NCBI GenBank assembly: GCA_973895155.1
Contig: OZ316891.1
Location: 840,143 to 904,142, forward strand
DNA: 64,000 nt
Origin: Marsupella aquatica
Lineage: Eukaryota > Plantae > Marchantiophyta
Reading direction: 5' to 3'
Shown here piece by piece: positions 48,288-60,404 of this stretch. The position numbers and the translations under genes are program-made. A model generated the notes under the pieces. That model saw only the letters and a program-made list of their open reading frames with translations. It searched no databases and was not told the origin of the DNA. Position 1 is the first letter of the stretch. Each line of letters begins with the position of its first letter.

Positions 48288-51200
48288 ATGGCGGTGCTGC
48301 CTGTCTCCAATCTGTGCTTCGGTAAGCTGTTCTTTCCATCTCGTCCCATCCTGATTAGACACGTCGTCAGTAGTCTCGCCAGTAGAGAGAAGCACAGATG
48401 GTGAAAGAACGGAATTGCTTTCTCTTTTCGGTGGTGAATTCTCCAAACAGAGCTCAAAACCTTAAACCCTAAACCCTTAATCTGACACTTAAATCACAAT
48501 GTTAACTGTATTGCTGTCGTCTTTGACAAACCCTCGAAGTTAAATAAAAGGACTTGTCATTCTGAACTGAATTTTCACATCAGAAAGCTCAAATCTCTGC
48601 GCTAGACTTTGTGAAGACTCATTTGGACAGTAGAGACCAACGTTTCAATCTGAGCCCCAAACCCCGGGAGCTGATTTTCCTGTTTTTAATTTGTATGTTT
48701 ATCGGACACGCTTACAAGAGAACCCACGTTCTGATGCTTTCCAGGAACGATGACATTTGGCGAGCAGAATTCGTACGAGGAAGCATGCACTCTGCTCAAT
48801 CTGGCTGTCGAATCTGGGATCAACTTTTTCGATGTTGCGGAAATGTGAGTGGAATTAGTTACGATGCCCCACCCATGCTTTTCGGGGGGAATTGCATTTT
48901 CGTGGCCTCTGGGGTCATCTCATTTGACCAGCTGTGAGAACTTTTATTTCGTCTCTTGTATTCTTTGATCGTTTTTAAACTTTCGTATGGTCACCATTTG
49001 TGCCTCAGTGTTTGCAACTTCTCAGTAACTAGTCTTGTCGTTACCAATAGTGGACAACTTTTGCGCAATACTTAACAAGAATTTCCTCAAATCATCAATA
49101 GTTCACAAGATATTGAACGCATGGTCTGCAACCGTCAAAAGCAAAGCGACGAAGTCCTCCGGAATCATGAGAGGTCAATCGGAAAATTAACAAATTCTCG
49201 GCATGATGTCCCTACCCTTTGTTCTGAGTGGTATCTATCGTGCCTACCGACAGGTATCCAGTGCCTCAGCAGGCGAAAACCCAAGGACTATCGGAAATAT
49301 ATCTAGGGAAATGGATGAAGCAAGCCCGAATACCTCGCGATCGTCTTGTTGTGGCAACAAAGGTGAAAATAATTCATACCGTCTACTCTCTCCAAGGCAG
49401 GATGTTTTCCAGAGCACTGCCTTTCGCGAGGCAGCATCCCTCTAGTGTGTTTCACAAACCAATTCACTTGATGTCATGCGCTGTTGCTGAACAGGATCAA
49501 TGCAGGTTGGTCTTATTTTTAATTTTATACTTGCCTTGTCATTTCGTGCCAGGCTGCTGGACCATCCGGCCAGATGACATGGATCCGTGGAGGGCCAGTG
49601 TCTCTCGATGCCAGAAACATCGAGGAAGCAATAAATGGAAGGTAAAAAATTATCTCTTACTTCTGAGCTGTCAGTTCCCTCAGGGTCCAGGGATACGTCA
49701 AACACTTGAAGAGCGGAGATATTGTCATATACGACGTTTTATGAGCTTCCCATCCTCATCCTCTTACAGAACGAGAATGAGAAGATGCTAGAAATTAGGC
49801 CGACCTCGAGCAGAGATTACGGTATTTTGCCTGGAAGAAATGTTGAACATCTGCATTTGAACAATGAGAATGGTACTCACTTCCTTGTGTTCATTTTGCA
49901 GCTTGACGCGTCTGGGTTGTGATTACATTGATCTTTATCAACTACACTGGCCTGATCGGTGCGGCATGGTGCTTCTCTATCTCAGCTTCTCAAGTGTCTC
50001 ATCTATAATCTATGCTCAGCATTCGAGATTAGAGGCTAACTTCTGTTATAGGAGGTTTGGAAGTTGCAAAGGATGTTTTTGAGTCGTGCAGTGTGTAGTT
50101 TGCCAGTTCCCCACATTCGCTCAAAGATACCTTTCTCCTCCAGTGGAAGAGTTTTATCTTACTTTTCTTTGTACTGTTTTATGCCTCCGGACTGCAGGTA
50201 TGTTCCTATGTTCGGTGATCTTGATTACAATCCAGCTGCCAGTTATTCTGCAGTGCCAATTGAAGAGCAGCTCCTGGCACTTGGGAGGGCGGTAGAAGCT
50301 GGAAAGGTGAGAATGATGTGGTTTGATCTGGCGTAATTATTGCCACTGCAGTTTGTTCAATGTGCTATCTTTTTCAAGTCGAAGTTTTCAAGTGGAGAAC
50401 ATTGCAGATTCGGCACGTGGGAGTAAGTAACGAGACTGCTTTTGGTGTGATGGAGTTTTGTCGACTGGCAAGCATCAATCCAGCTGTACCTCCCATTATC
50501 ACAATCCAGGTATCATGGTTGACTTCATTGTCTCCCTGAAATCTTTGCATTTGTTGTTAGCTATGGGTTCTTTTCACAGCAAACGTTATGAATACAAGTT
50601 ACACTCAGTTTTTCTTCGCAATGAGAATCAGTCGGTAACCTGCAAAATTTTCAGCAAGTCTTTTCAGCAAGTCCGCCTTCACAATTTTTATTTTCAGTCC
50701 GACTTCAAAATAATCCTTGAATCTGCAGAATGCATACAATCTGCTATGCCGTACTTTTGACTCGACCTTGGCGGAGTGCTGCCATCACCAGCAGTAAGCT
50801 TATCCCATTTGAAACAATTCTTATCTTAACCATGTGACTGAATTGGATGAAAATTTGGATAAAGTCATCTTTGTTGTTCATTCCTGTTAAAAGCTTTTTT
50901 CACTTACGGGATGTTTTAATAGAATTACCCAAGGTACAGAGGGTTGCGAATGAAAAGTTCCATATTTGTAGGGTAAGGTTATTGGCGTACAGCCCCCTTG
51001 CCATGGGTTTACTTTCTGGGAAGTACCTGTCAGCTGACGGTGGATCAAAAGATGCACGTCTCAATCTGTACAAAGGTAGAACTTCCATCAGATGGGACTA
51101 ACATTATCAAATTTCCTTTTTGTTCCCTATTCTGTTCATATCTCGGAAAGTTGAATTGGCCTATTGCCTATTACCCAAAATTGTTCATGCTGTTCCTCGT

Positions 51201-51942
51201 ACTGCACTTGCTAATGTACCTTTTTTCTAAACTCAGGGCGTTATGCGGAGGCTGAATGCCGATATGGCTTTTCCAAACCCAATCTTGTGCCAGCAGTATC
51301 GGTGAGTCCTGGTTTAGTGCTGTGTCATTTAGTAGTTTGCTTTATATAGCCAAGTTTTGCTCCCTGAGATAGTAATGGGAATTTAGTCAGCGAAAGATTT
51401 TCATTTCTATGAACGAAGATCATTAGAATATTATTGATTGAGCTAACAGCCAGGGTCACTTATAATCATGTCCAGATTGTAAGTCGAAGATACACATGAG
51501 TTGCTATAAAGTAACTGGATGATGGGGAAAGAAACGTTAGATGACTATTTCTCTGTTTTGTTCACTCCAGGCCTATGTTGAGATTGCGAGAAAACATGAG
51601 ATCAGTCCAGTTGCCCTTGCTATCGGTGAGCCCCAATCTCTGTTTGAGAGCCTCAATGACACCATCAAGTTGTTTGTCGTATAACGAGTAGAATATGGAA
51701 ACCATAAAAACTCTGCATTTGCATTTCGTTGACCGAGTGGAATGGGCATATTTGACAAGGACTCCCCTCGTTGTCGTGCAGGCTTCGTCTTGCAGCATCC
51801 TCTACTCATGAGCGTAGTGATTGGAGCAACTAAAGTCGCGCAGCTAAAGGAGATTCTCCAAGCACGTGAGGTCTGCATCACAGACGAGATTCGCTCGGAA
51901 ATTGATGCTGTACATCTGCATTATCCAAGTCCGGCTCCCTGA
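48288..51942 (+). CDS. Tas-like aldo-keto reductase, 12 exons
   Basis: Exons ~48288-48321, 48745-48844, 49254-49362, 49553-49641, 49902-49958, 50198-50306, 50408-50509, 50729-50793, 50972-51075, 51237-51301, 51571-51625, 51782-51942. They give VSNLCFGTMTFGEQN, FFDVAEMYPVP, VATK, DYIDLYQLHWPDRYVPMFG, GVSNET, QNAYNLLCR, LLAYSPLAMGLLSGKY and SVVIGAT. Start codon uncertain. Confidence 0.9.
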
Positions 51943-53560
51943 CTTTAATAAGCTTCTACCCATGTGAATGACTACCTCTCTTGAGAACTGAGTAAACGAT
52001 AGTGGGGCGCATGAAACAGTAGCAAATCTAGCGTGATACTGCGCTACTTGATATGGCGGGAAACCTGGTTTTGAGGTCCCTTTGTAGCCAATTCTTTCCA
52101 ACAGGCCAGTGAGAGAACATTGTTTCCTAAGTCGATTCAGATTCATTCCTTACTGATCTTTCAGACACAATTGTGATACCTTCTACGGGACTTTTTAAAA
52201 CTGTGGCCAGCTAGACGCTGTCTCCTATAATCTGAGGAAGACGTCAGCATTTAGTGCCGCGAACTGGTTTTCTAAACTATTGGTGCGGATTTGCCGGCAG
52301 ATATCTTTTCAAGACCATGTAGATGACCAAAACGAATAATCGAGATTGATAGCCAGAGGAAATCATTGACAATTTTTCTTCAATTACTGGACTTCGGACC
52401 ATCCAGGAGATCCAGTGCTGATAGTTTTGTCTCAGTGCTGTGCTCCATGTTTTTGCAAGTGGAGCAACATGTTGAGATTACAATGTATCTACTGTGTGCG
52501 AAAGATTTCCAGCTTTCACAAAGAAAATAAGTCCCACAGCACCGTGGGCTTGAACCCGAGAATAGGAAATCATAATATAATCGCAACTACAGTATCATCG
52601 TTTTCAAGCACTATCCAGAGCCAGCTTATCCTGAATGATTCCTCAGAAAGACGGAAAACGTTGTCTGACCGCTACTTTCTCTTTTGCCACAGCACTAACC
52701 ATTTTTTGAAGTTACTAGCACAAAGTAGGTTGCCGCCAGGAGCTTGTTGCATGTACATTGCATATCACTTGCCGTGCAATCGTTTACTCTTTTTGCAGTT
52801 TTGTCCTCCGCCTCCCTGAAATATACGTTGTTTGAATTGAGAGATCTGATTCGCCACCAGCTGCTATTTCAACCAATTCAATGTAGGGCCAGCAAGACAG
52901 TCCTACGAATATGGATGACGGTCTTTGCTCAAATCCACACTCGAGTCGGACGGAAGGTCTGCAAAATGATCAATAGTTTCCTCACACTGTATCCCTCATT
53001 GTCAATTGCCAAGCACCATTTGCTAAGAAAGGCTTGAACTCACCATGCAGAATGAGAATTTCATTCTAGGTGGTGAGGTTGCCAAGCACCATTTGTTTAG
53101 AAAGGCTTGCACTCAGCTTGCAGAAGGGGAATTTCCTTCTACATGGTCAGCGCAGGCTCTTCTAAGGGTGTAATAGTGAGTGCATTTGCAGCCAGAGATG
53201 GCTCGAACCTTCCTGGCTTGTGCAGTTCGTCCCTGCCCAGACACACAACTATTATGACCCATCTCAGTGAAGTATTCGGTCCACGCTTCCTGCCTCTCCT
53301 GGCTAATACGTCATCGGGACAAAGGGATTGTAATTAATCGCCCAGAAGAAAGAATCCTATGCCACCCTCTCCTGCTAGGTGGCATTGCACCATACATATA
53401 AAAATTCACTAGGCAGGTTTAGTGATAGCCGACATCGGTATTGCTTCCCTTTCGCATCTCAACCGCACTAGTGTTTCATAGAATTCTTCCCTTCTGAAAC
53501 TTCCTCAAAACAATCGAAGAGCGGAGAACTCAAGCCATGAGTTTGGCCCCCTCAACGTGT

Positions 53561-54448
53561 TCACGGCTGACCTGGAAGAAAAAATTGAACCCCGTTCTCC
53601 ATGATCCGAAATTGAAATCTCTGAATCCCAAGTTCGGGACCCAAAGGTTCGACAGGAGACAGACCACTTCTGTGATGAATAGTCAGCTGCCCGTGGACAT
53701 CAGCCGCAAGTCCAGTGCTCAGAGGCTCAACACGAATGACGGTATTAGAAATATGCTCCAACTCCAATTCCGCATACGAATCATCCGACTCCTCATACGC
53801 ATCCTGATGAGCGAGAAGCACTAACGAGCACCTCTGTTTCCCAAATGCGCGGAGGGCCCCGCAGTAATGCAAAAAGTCCAGCACAGCATCCTGAGAGCCC
53901 CCCGCCACCACATCCAGCACAGAAACATCGTCAATAATAATGCAGGTCTGTTCGCCACCACAGTCTCCCGAATCCATACTCCTGACGGCATCCCTAACCC
54001 TAATGTACAAAGAAGCCAGCACATTGGCAATTGACAGCTTTTTCCCCTGCTGGCTAGAGTTTCCATCCCAACCACGAGCGGCTGCTTCAAAGACTTCAGG
54101 ACTCAAGGCTACGAACACGAATCGTCCTCTCTCGCTCCAAGCCTGCAGATTGCAGCCCTGCTTCCTGGCGATTCGAGAGAAATGTGTGTAGGGGTCCGCG
54201 AGGCCCAACAGCACAACCCTCGTGCTGCTGGTCTGCGAGAGGAGCTTCGCGAGAAGGTAATGGATCATGAAGCTGCCTTTGGAGTGTACACTGTCTTTCA
54301 ACAGGACCGTGTGTCCTCCCTTTTCACCGATGTTCCTCACCACCTCCTCCATTGTAGAATCCTTGCTGGGTGCTGTGCCTCCTGCGAACCTCATTACATT
54401 TGCCTCATCACCGAATGTTGCAGTGCGTATCTCTACTACACTGTACAT
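53561..54448 (-). CDS. ELP6: Elongator complex protein 6, intronless
   Basis: RecA-like ELP6 motifs: VLLKDSV...GSFMIHYLL, PYTHFSRIARKQGCNL, IIIDDVSVL, VLDFLHYC, SLVLLAHQD, VEPLSTGLAADVHGQL, FRIMENGVQFFLPG. The start could instead be a downstream Met (e.g. 54352). Confidence 0.9.
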   Translation of the reverse strand: MYSVVEIRTATFGDEANVMRFAGGTAPSKDSTMEEVVRNIGEKGGHTVLLKDSVHSKGSFMIHYLLAKLLSQTSSTRVVLLGLADPYTHFSRIARKQGCNLQAWSERGRFVFVALSPEVFEAAARGWDGNSSQQGKKLSIANVLASLYIRVRDAVRSMDSGDCGGEQTCIIIDDVSVLDVVAGGSQDAVLDFLHYCGALRAFGKQRCSLVLLAHQDAYEESDDSYAELELEHISNTVIRVEPLSTGLAADVHGQLTIHHRSGLSPVEPLGPELGIQRFQFRIMENGVQFFLPGQP

Positions 54449-54494
54449 CGAGGCCCTTGCCGGTAATCACACCCGTAAGCACGAGAGATATCCT

Positions 54495-55205
54495 TAGTAG
54501 ACCCCCTTATGGAAAAAAGTTTGCTTAATCAACCCCCTCTATACTTTTCTCCAATCTGGACCGTTGATGGATCTTTTGATCTCAGATCTGGACCGTTGAT
54601 GGATCTTTTGATCTCAGATCTGGTTTGATAGATCAAGTAAAACTTCATTTTGGGGGTTGATCAAGCAAATGCCTCCCATAAGCACACATCAAAATGTAAA
54701 ATGTGTGAATATAGGGTGGTGTGAATATAGGGGAGGGATATGCTTAGTAGACCCCCCTCTGGAAAAAGTTTGCTTAATCAACCCCCTCAATACTTTTCCC
54801 CAATCTGGACCGTTGATGGACCTTTCGATCTCACATCTGGGCCATTCATAGACCTCAGGGGGTTGATCGAGTAACAAGTTTCATTTTGGGGGTCGATCAA
54901 GCAAATACCTCGAATATAGGGTGTGCACTCACTGTAAGCACACATCAAAATGTAAAATGTGGGAATATATGGTGTGCATTCATTGATTTAAAGAAAATAA
55001 CCAGGTTTATCATGTGGTTATATAGGGTGTGCACTCACTGATTTACAGAAAATAACCAGGTTTATCATGTGATAGTATAGGGTGTGCACTCATTGATTTA
55101 AAGAAAAAAAACCAGGTTTATCATGGTATGGAGAGATGCCCTACATGGTGTATGTCATATTTTGGAGTGGGGCTGGTGATGCCGCCCAACACAGGGTCTA
55201 CTCAA
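54495..55205. mobile_element. Compound MITE-like repeat: duplicated ~250-bp foldback unit plus ~55-bp tandem array
   Basis: tagtagaccccc...tttgcttaatcaacccc occurs at ~54495 and ~54744. The internal inverted repeat is tttgcttaatcaaccccc/gggggttgatcaagcaaa. A 32-bp duplication lies at 54554-54617. tatagggtgtgcactcactgattta...accaggtttatcatg occurs x3 at ~54965-55125. gggtctact lies at ~55194. Confidence 0.65.
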
Positions 55206-56822
55206 ACCCCAAATTTGATGGACCTTAATTAAACCACCACTACTAGCCATGACAAAAACCTGGTTACACCATAAATAATATTATTTCCTGAATATGTGGA
55301 GCAATACCTGGTGATGCTGCCCAACAGAGGGTTAGGTTTGTCCAGACTGATTAAAAAAGAAAAAAGGAAACGGCAGGTTTTGAGGTGCCTTCATAATGTA
55401 AGCTTTCTTGTGCCAAGGTCTTCTTTCCTATAGTGAAAACGAAAGCTCATACACCTTTGTGGTATTTGACTCATGTAGGCTTTTCATGCTATATCTTACT
55501 TTCCTTTTTCCAGTTCTCATTATGTCTTTCCCACTAGTTTTTTTTCCCTGTTTTTGGGTGTGCATCTGTCGGACCCTTCTTGGTTAATTTATTCTCACCT
55601 TCATGTATTAAGCCCAATGGGTTTTCAGGGCCTTTTCATATATGGAAGACCATATAATTAGGGAAATTTTGATGCTGGGCAGTCATCAATCTTAGAATGC
55701 CCTCAATAGGTTGTCCAAAGAATTCTACTGTTGCACTCACCATATTAGCTCTACAGATAAGATCCAAAGCATATGAAACACCACCAGCCAGCAATTATTC
55801 AAGGAAATCAATGCTATATGTGCATGGGACATTATTTATGCATTTCTCCATGTGTGAGTGGTCTCGCAATATGTAATAAGTGCATAGGAATTAGATAACT
55901 TATTCACTTCCCCCCTTGTGCTGTCACGTCATACAGTACGACTCCAAAGCCAGGACATTTTCTAACACTGAAGATCTCTTGGGCTTGAAGCCCAATCATT
56001 CCTCGAGCGCCATATCCTGAGCTTTACCAGGCTCTTCAATTTGCTGCTAGGTAAGCTTTAGGAGGGCTTTACAAGAGGGCAGGGGCCCTTCAATCTCTCT
56101 CCATCCAGAGCAAAGCTGATGGTCATTTCCTTCCACAAAAGTTAAAATGCATGAGCCAAAATGTTTCAGGTTTGAAAGTAATCAATGCAATTCCCTGAAA
56201 ATAAGGAGCGTTTGCTCCAAGTTCTTAGATCACCTCAAGACAAGGTCTAAGTTTTGGACAAAAAAGCTTGCACACCTCAGCAAGAAAAGGGACTCACAAG
56301 GGGCCCACTCACAGATGACTAGGTTAGGCAATGCTTTTGGTTCATTGTGCCCCTAAGTTCATGTAAAGTGAAGTGTGACCAGTTCCCATGTATGAATGGC
56401 TAGGATTGCATCTTTCACTTAGAAAAAAAGGAATTGCTGTCCCCAAGTTCTTGTAAAGCCACCCTTAGGTTAGTGTGGAGATATTCTATGTTGCGAGCAA
56501 ACAGAAGATTTTGATAGCGAGTAGATTTTGATAGCGAGACAATAATGACTCCAAATTTCAGATGCTTTTTGGTGCCTTTTACATTTTTGGTGGTTTTTTA
56601 AAGACTCCAGATGGCTAGCGAGCTTGCTAGCAGAAAGGGAGTCCCCAAAAGGGATGTTATCAACTGTAGTTGATAGCGAGGCAGTTGCATGTAGAAAAAT
56701 AGAGGTCATACAAGAATTTTTTTTACTTGTGCGAGAAAAAATATTACTGTTTGCTTGCACGTTACAATTACCCGATTAGTGTGGTTTTTGTTTTCTTTGC
56801 GCTGGGCTTGTGCCTGGTCCTT

Positions 56823-56942
56823 TTGGCTTTCTGGCCTTTTGCTTGTTCTCCTTTAATTGGGGTTGGCTTTCTGGCCTTTTTCTTGTTCTCCTTTAATTGG
56901 GGTTGGCTTTCTGGCCTTTTTCTTGTTCTCCCTTAATTGGGG
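56823..56942. repeat. 40-bp tandem repeat x3
   Basis: ttggctttctggcctttt(g/t)cttgttctc(c)(t/c)ttaattgggg occurs three times. Confidence 0.92.
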
Positions 56943-57322
56943 TTTTGGACCGTGGGATCATGTCTGCCGGTTCTGCTTTTGTGGATATATATATGTGTAG
57001 CACCAGGGTGATGATTGCTTCCCTTCATGTGTGCATGCTTTGCACAAATGCAGTTGTCTGTACAGCCGCGAGTACAGAGCACTGCGGTGACGATTTGCTT
57101 CCCGTCCTGTCTTACGTGTATGCCTTTCCACAATTCCACTTGGCTTTGTGCTGAGCAGAAAGCTTTTCTTCAACGGAAACTACTGTAATCTTTCGAGTCC
57201 AATTCTGCGTTCTCATGGGCAAAAGGATTCAAGCGATCAGCGAGGATTCAATCCTATCGGAGCTTCGACTCGGGTATCAACAAGCATTCAACCCGATCAG
57301 AGCTTGAACAGCCTAGTACACT

Positions 57323-57773
57323 ATGGCGTCTACTCCGATTGAATCAACTCGCCGCCAAGTCGCACTGTCCGTCATTGAGGGCTACAACTCCTGGTCCATG
57401 GACAGCATCATGTCCTACCGCGCCCCCAACTGCGTTCACGAAGTGCTGCCTTCATCCCTCTCCCGGCCTCCTAGAAACAATGCGGCTTACAGCGCTTACT
57501 TCAGCTCGATCATCCCTCACTTCCGGCACTTCCACTGCACTCTCCACGACCTGATTGAAGACTCTGCGGCCAACAAAGTTGTCATGTGGGCGTCTAGTAC
57601 GGCAGAGACGGACCTAGGCCCTTACGCTAATGAGTACATGCTTTGTGCTTTACTTCAATTCAGAAGGAAAGGTCGAAAGGTTCTTGGAGTTTGTGGATTC
57701 CGCGAGGAGTGTATCGTTTTTTGGGCGGTTGACAGAGTTGATGGCGGAAAAGGGTAAGAACGCTGGGAATTAG
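57323..57773 (+). pseudogene. Fungal-type NTF2/SnoaL-like protein (AusH/AusJ/Trt14/PrhC-like) with a 1-nt frameshift
   Basis: The first frame reads TRRQVALSVIEGYNSWSMDSIMSYRAPNCVHEVLPSSL...IEDSAANKVVMWASSTAETDLGPYANEYML. The +1 frame continues VLYFNSEGKVERFLEFVDSARSVSFFGRL...GN*. The span is 451 nt, i.e. 150 codons plus one extra T in CTTT at 57641-57644. Confidence 0.8.
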
Positions 57774-60200
57774 GACGCGACGGACGAGTTGTGAGCATCT
57801 GATACGACGCCGGACTGCAGCGTCTGGGTTGCTCACTGAGTGAGTACGTCTAAAGTATGGAATTGCCGTATTATTGATCTTAATTGGAGATAGCAAATGT
57901 AGGACGGGGACAACAACAGCAATAATGCAGTATAGCAGATAACAAGCCGCAATAAAAGATTATACAGTTGCACTGTAATTGCATGTAATAATCGCACTTT
58001 CTTTGTCTGTGATAAGCCAATCGGCTGGAATTCATAGGAAAAATTGATATAGTCTTAGGCTGAGGTACCACTGCTGGCCGGCTGATCGACAAACTGATTG
58101 AAGATGGATGAGCGCGCAGGGGTAGTACTTTCTTACAAAGCGAACTTATACAGCAAAAGAGCAGAGTCAAGAAGAGATCACCGGAAATGGTAAGCAGAGT
58201 AGCATAGTGCAAAGGTTCTGGTGACCGACAGTGCTCGAGTTTAGACACAAACCAGTGCATTGGGCACCGCCTTCTAACCATGGATAATGATGAGGTCAGA
58301 GTACAACATTTGCAGATCATCTTCGTTGAAGTTTGCAATCCGAGATAGAGATTTTATCTTTGTACTTTGCTCCGCGTTTGGCCATATGCAGGGAGATGTT
58401 TGGGAAGCACGCTTTTACAAGAATCCATCAACCCATATGTAAGAAGCCTTCAATCTCACGGCCTATCTTACTGGCAAATGTAGTCGTGATCGGGTTGAGA
58501 ATCAGGACTGGGCAATGATCTCAATAGTCGAAGGAAATCATATACCGTCCATTGATTGACAAATAGCGTAAACTATTTATCGTGAAATCACATAGATGTT
58601 ATGCGATTTTGGGTTCAAATGTTTGTCGACAGTTCAGGGTGTAGGGCTTAGACAGTTTGTATGAGTTGTGATCGATTTTGTTCAAGATCCTGTCGGAGTA
58701 TTTGATCTTGTAAGAATGCTTACCTTACTTTGAAGTAGGGCCTTGGATTCTAAAATGATGACTTGCCCATATCAATTTCCATGGAAATCACGGAATCCCT
58801 ATCGAAACTCGAAGTCCTTTAGCTAGTAGATAATCCAGAGTCATGTGGATTGGGAGCCGATTGGGAGCTGACTGTCCTGTTTTCTATGCGATAGGGCCTT
58901 CATGCTTAGTCAGTTCACCGGCTTCTGTTATGGATCTTCTGTAAGGTCAGAACATTGAGTAGTCCGAACGATGTCCATTTACTGCTATGCACACGTCTCA
59001 AAGTTATCAACGTTGACCGACTTTGCACAACTTGAGGAACCCCTGAATTGACGAAGCATTTAGGTCTCGTTACTCTGGATCTTCCCGGTTGGTTTACTCT
59101 ACTCGGATACGTATGTTAACCTCAAATGTAACATTGCAGACCATGAAGACCTCACTCTTGATAATGCATAGAATTGCTTACCATCTGCAGAGCTAGGAGA
59201 ACCTTGTTAGTATTTGCCAGTTTTAGTGGTGAAAGAAATGAAAACGGAAATCTTTCTCAAAACATGATGTGTCGGTAAGTTCATCACCCAGCGGCAGCAG
59301 GTTCATTTGGTCAATAAGGTTACACTTTTAAAGAAGCTCAATAATTGGCTGTTGCGAGCTGGACTTTGTTGCTGTTGTGATTTTGCACATAGGATAACAC
59401 CAGGGAGAGAACATTGACATTGGTAACTAGTGAAGTGGATCGATCTCGGAAAGAGGGTTACGAGAAAGTTACAGGGGATCCGGGAAAATACATCAACCCC
59501 ACAAGGTATATTTGTGTGCGGTTCCACCTTTTTCATTTTGGTGCTCTAATAATGCAATCGTGAGAATAGCGATATCGTAGTTAATGGTTCGTTCTCCAAC
59601 TCGACATCAAAATCCGTGCTTAGCTTTCGCTTCCTTTCTGCTAACTGTGGAAAGAACGTCCTAAGAGACGGGTCAAATCACCTTTTTATATTACACTGTT
59701 CATAATTCTCAGGCAGCCACACAAGACATTAGGCATGATTCCTTCAGTAACGCTGATTTGTTGGATAGTGGGCGATAAATGAAACCCAACAGATGATGGC
59801 AAGGACGATGGTCTGAGTATGAAGGGGAGGGAAGGCTTGTCTTCACTTTGGTGAACAAGGTTTGCCAATATTGACGCAGGAGATACATGAAGGAAATTTC
59901 CTCCACCCACCAGAAACGACAGGATTTTCTCTGCTCCAGCAGTTAAATCTTGAAGGAAACAAGTAAAGAATTTGTTCCAGTTGTTCAAGTTTATATATGG
60001 GGTGGTGGGGAGATATACCATAGGTGCTGTAATTTAATAGCAGACCACAAGAAATTTGATACCACACTACAAGCATATACATTACATCATCCTCGGTCAA
60101 AGAAGGGAGATCACTCTTTAAAATTGTCAAATTTCACTTGATTTTGGGTAATTGACAGGATTTTTGAGATAGGAGTCATAAATATGTCCACCCTCAGCCC

Positions 60201-60404
60201 AGAGAGACATGACTTTGTGGTAGTTCAAGTGTTGTAGGCTGACTCTTTCAACTATTGTGGCTACTTTGTGGTAGCTCACTTGAATATAGATTAATAGGTC
60301 TTGGGTTCAAGTGTTGTAGGCTGAACTCTTCCAACTATTGTGGCTGACTTTTCCCTTTGTGTGCGGTTTCGCAGATCTCCTTAAAATAAAAATAAATAAA
60401 AATA
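60201..60404 (+). mobile_element. tRNA-derived SINE-like element, copy 2, with a partial 5' duplication
   Basis: tggtagctcacttg (A-box), ggttcaagt (B-box) and an (AAATA)n tail. Homologous to 36104-36284. Confidence 0.62.
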
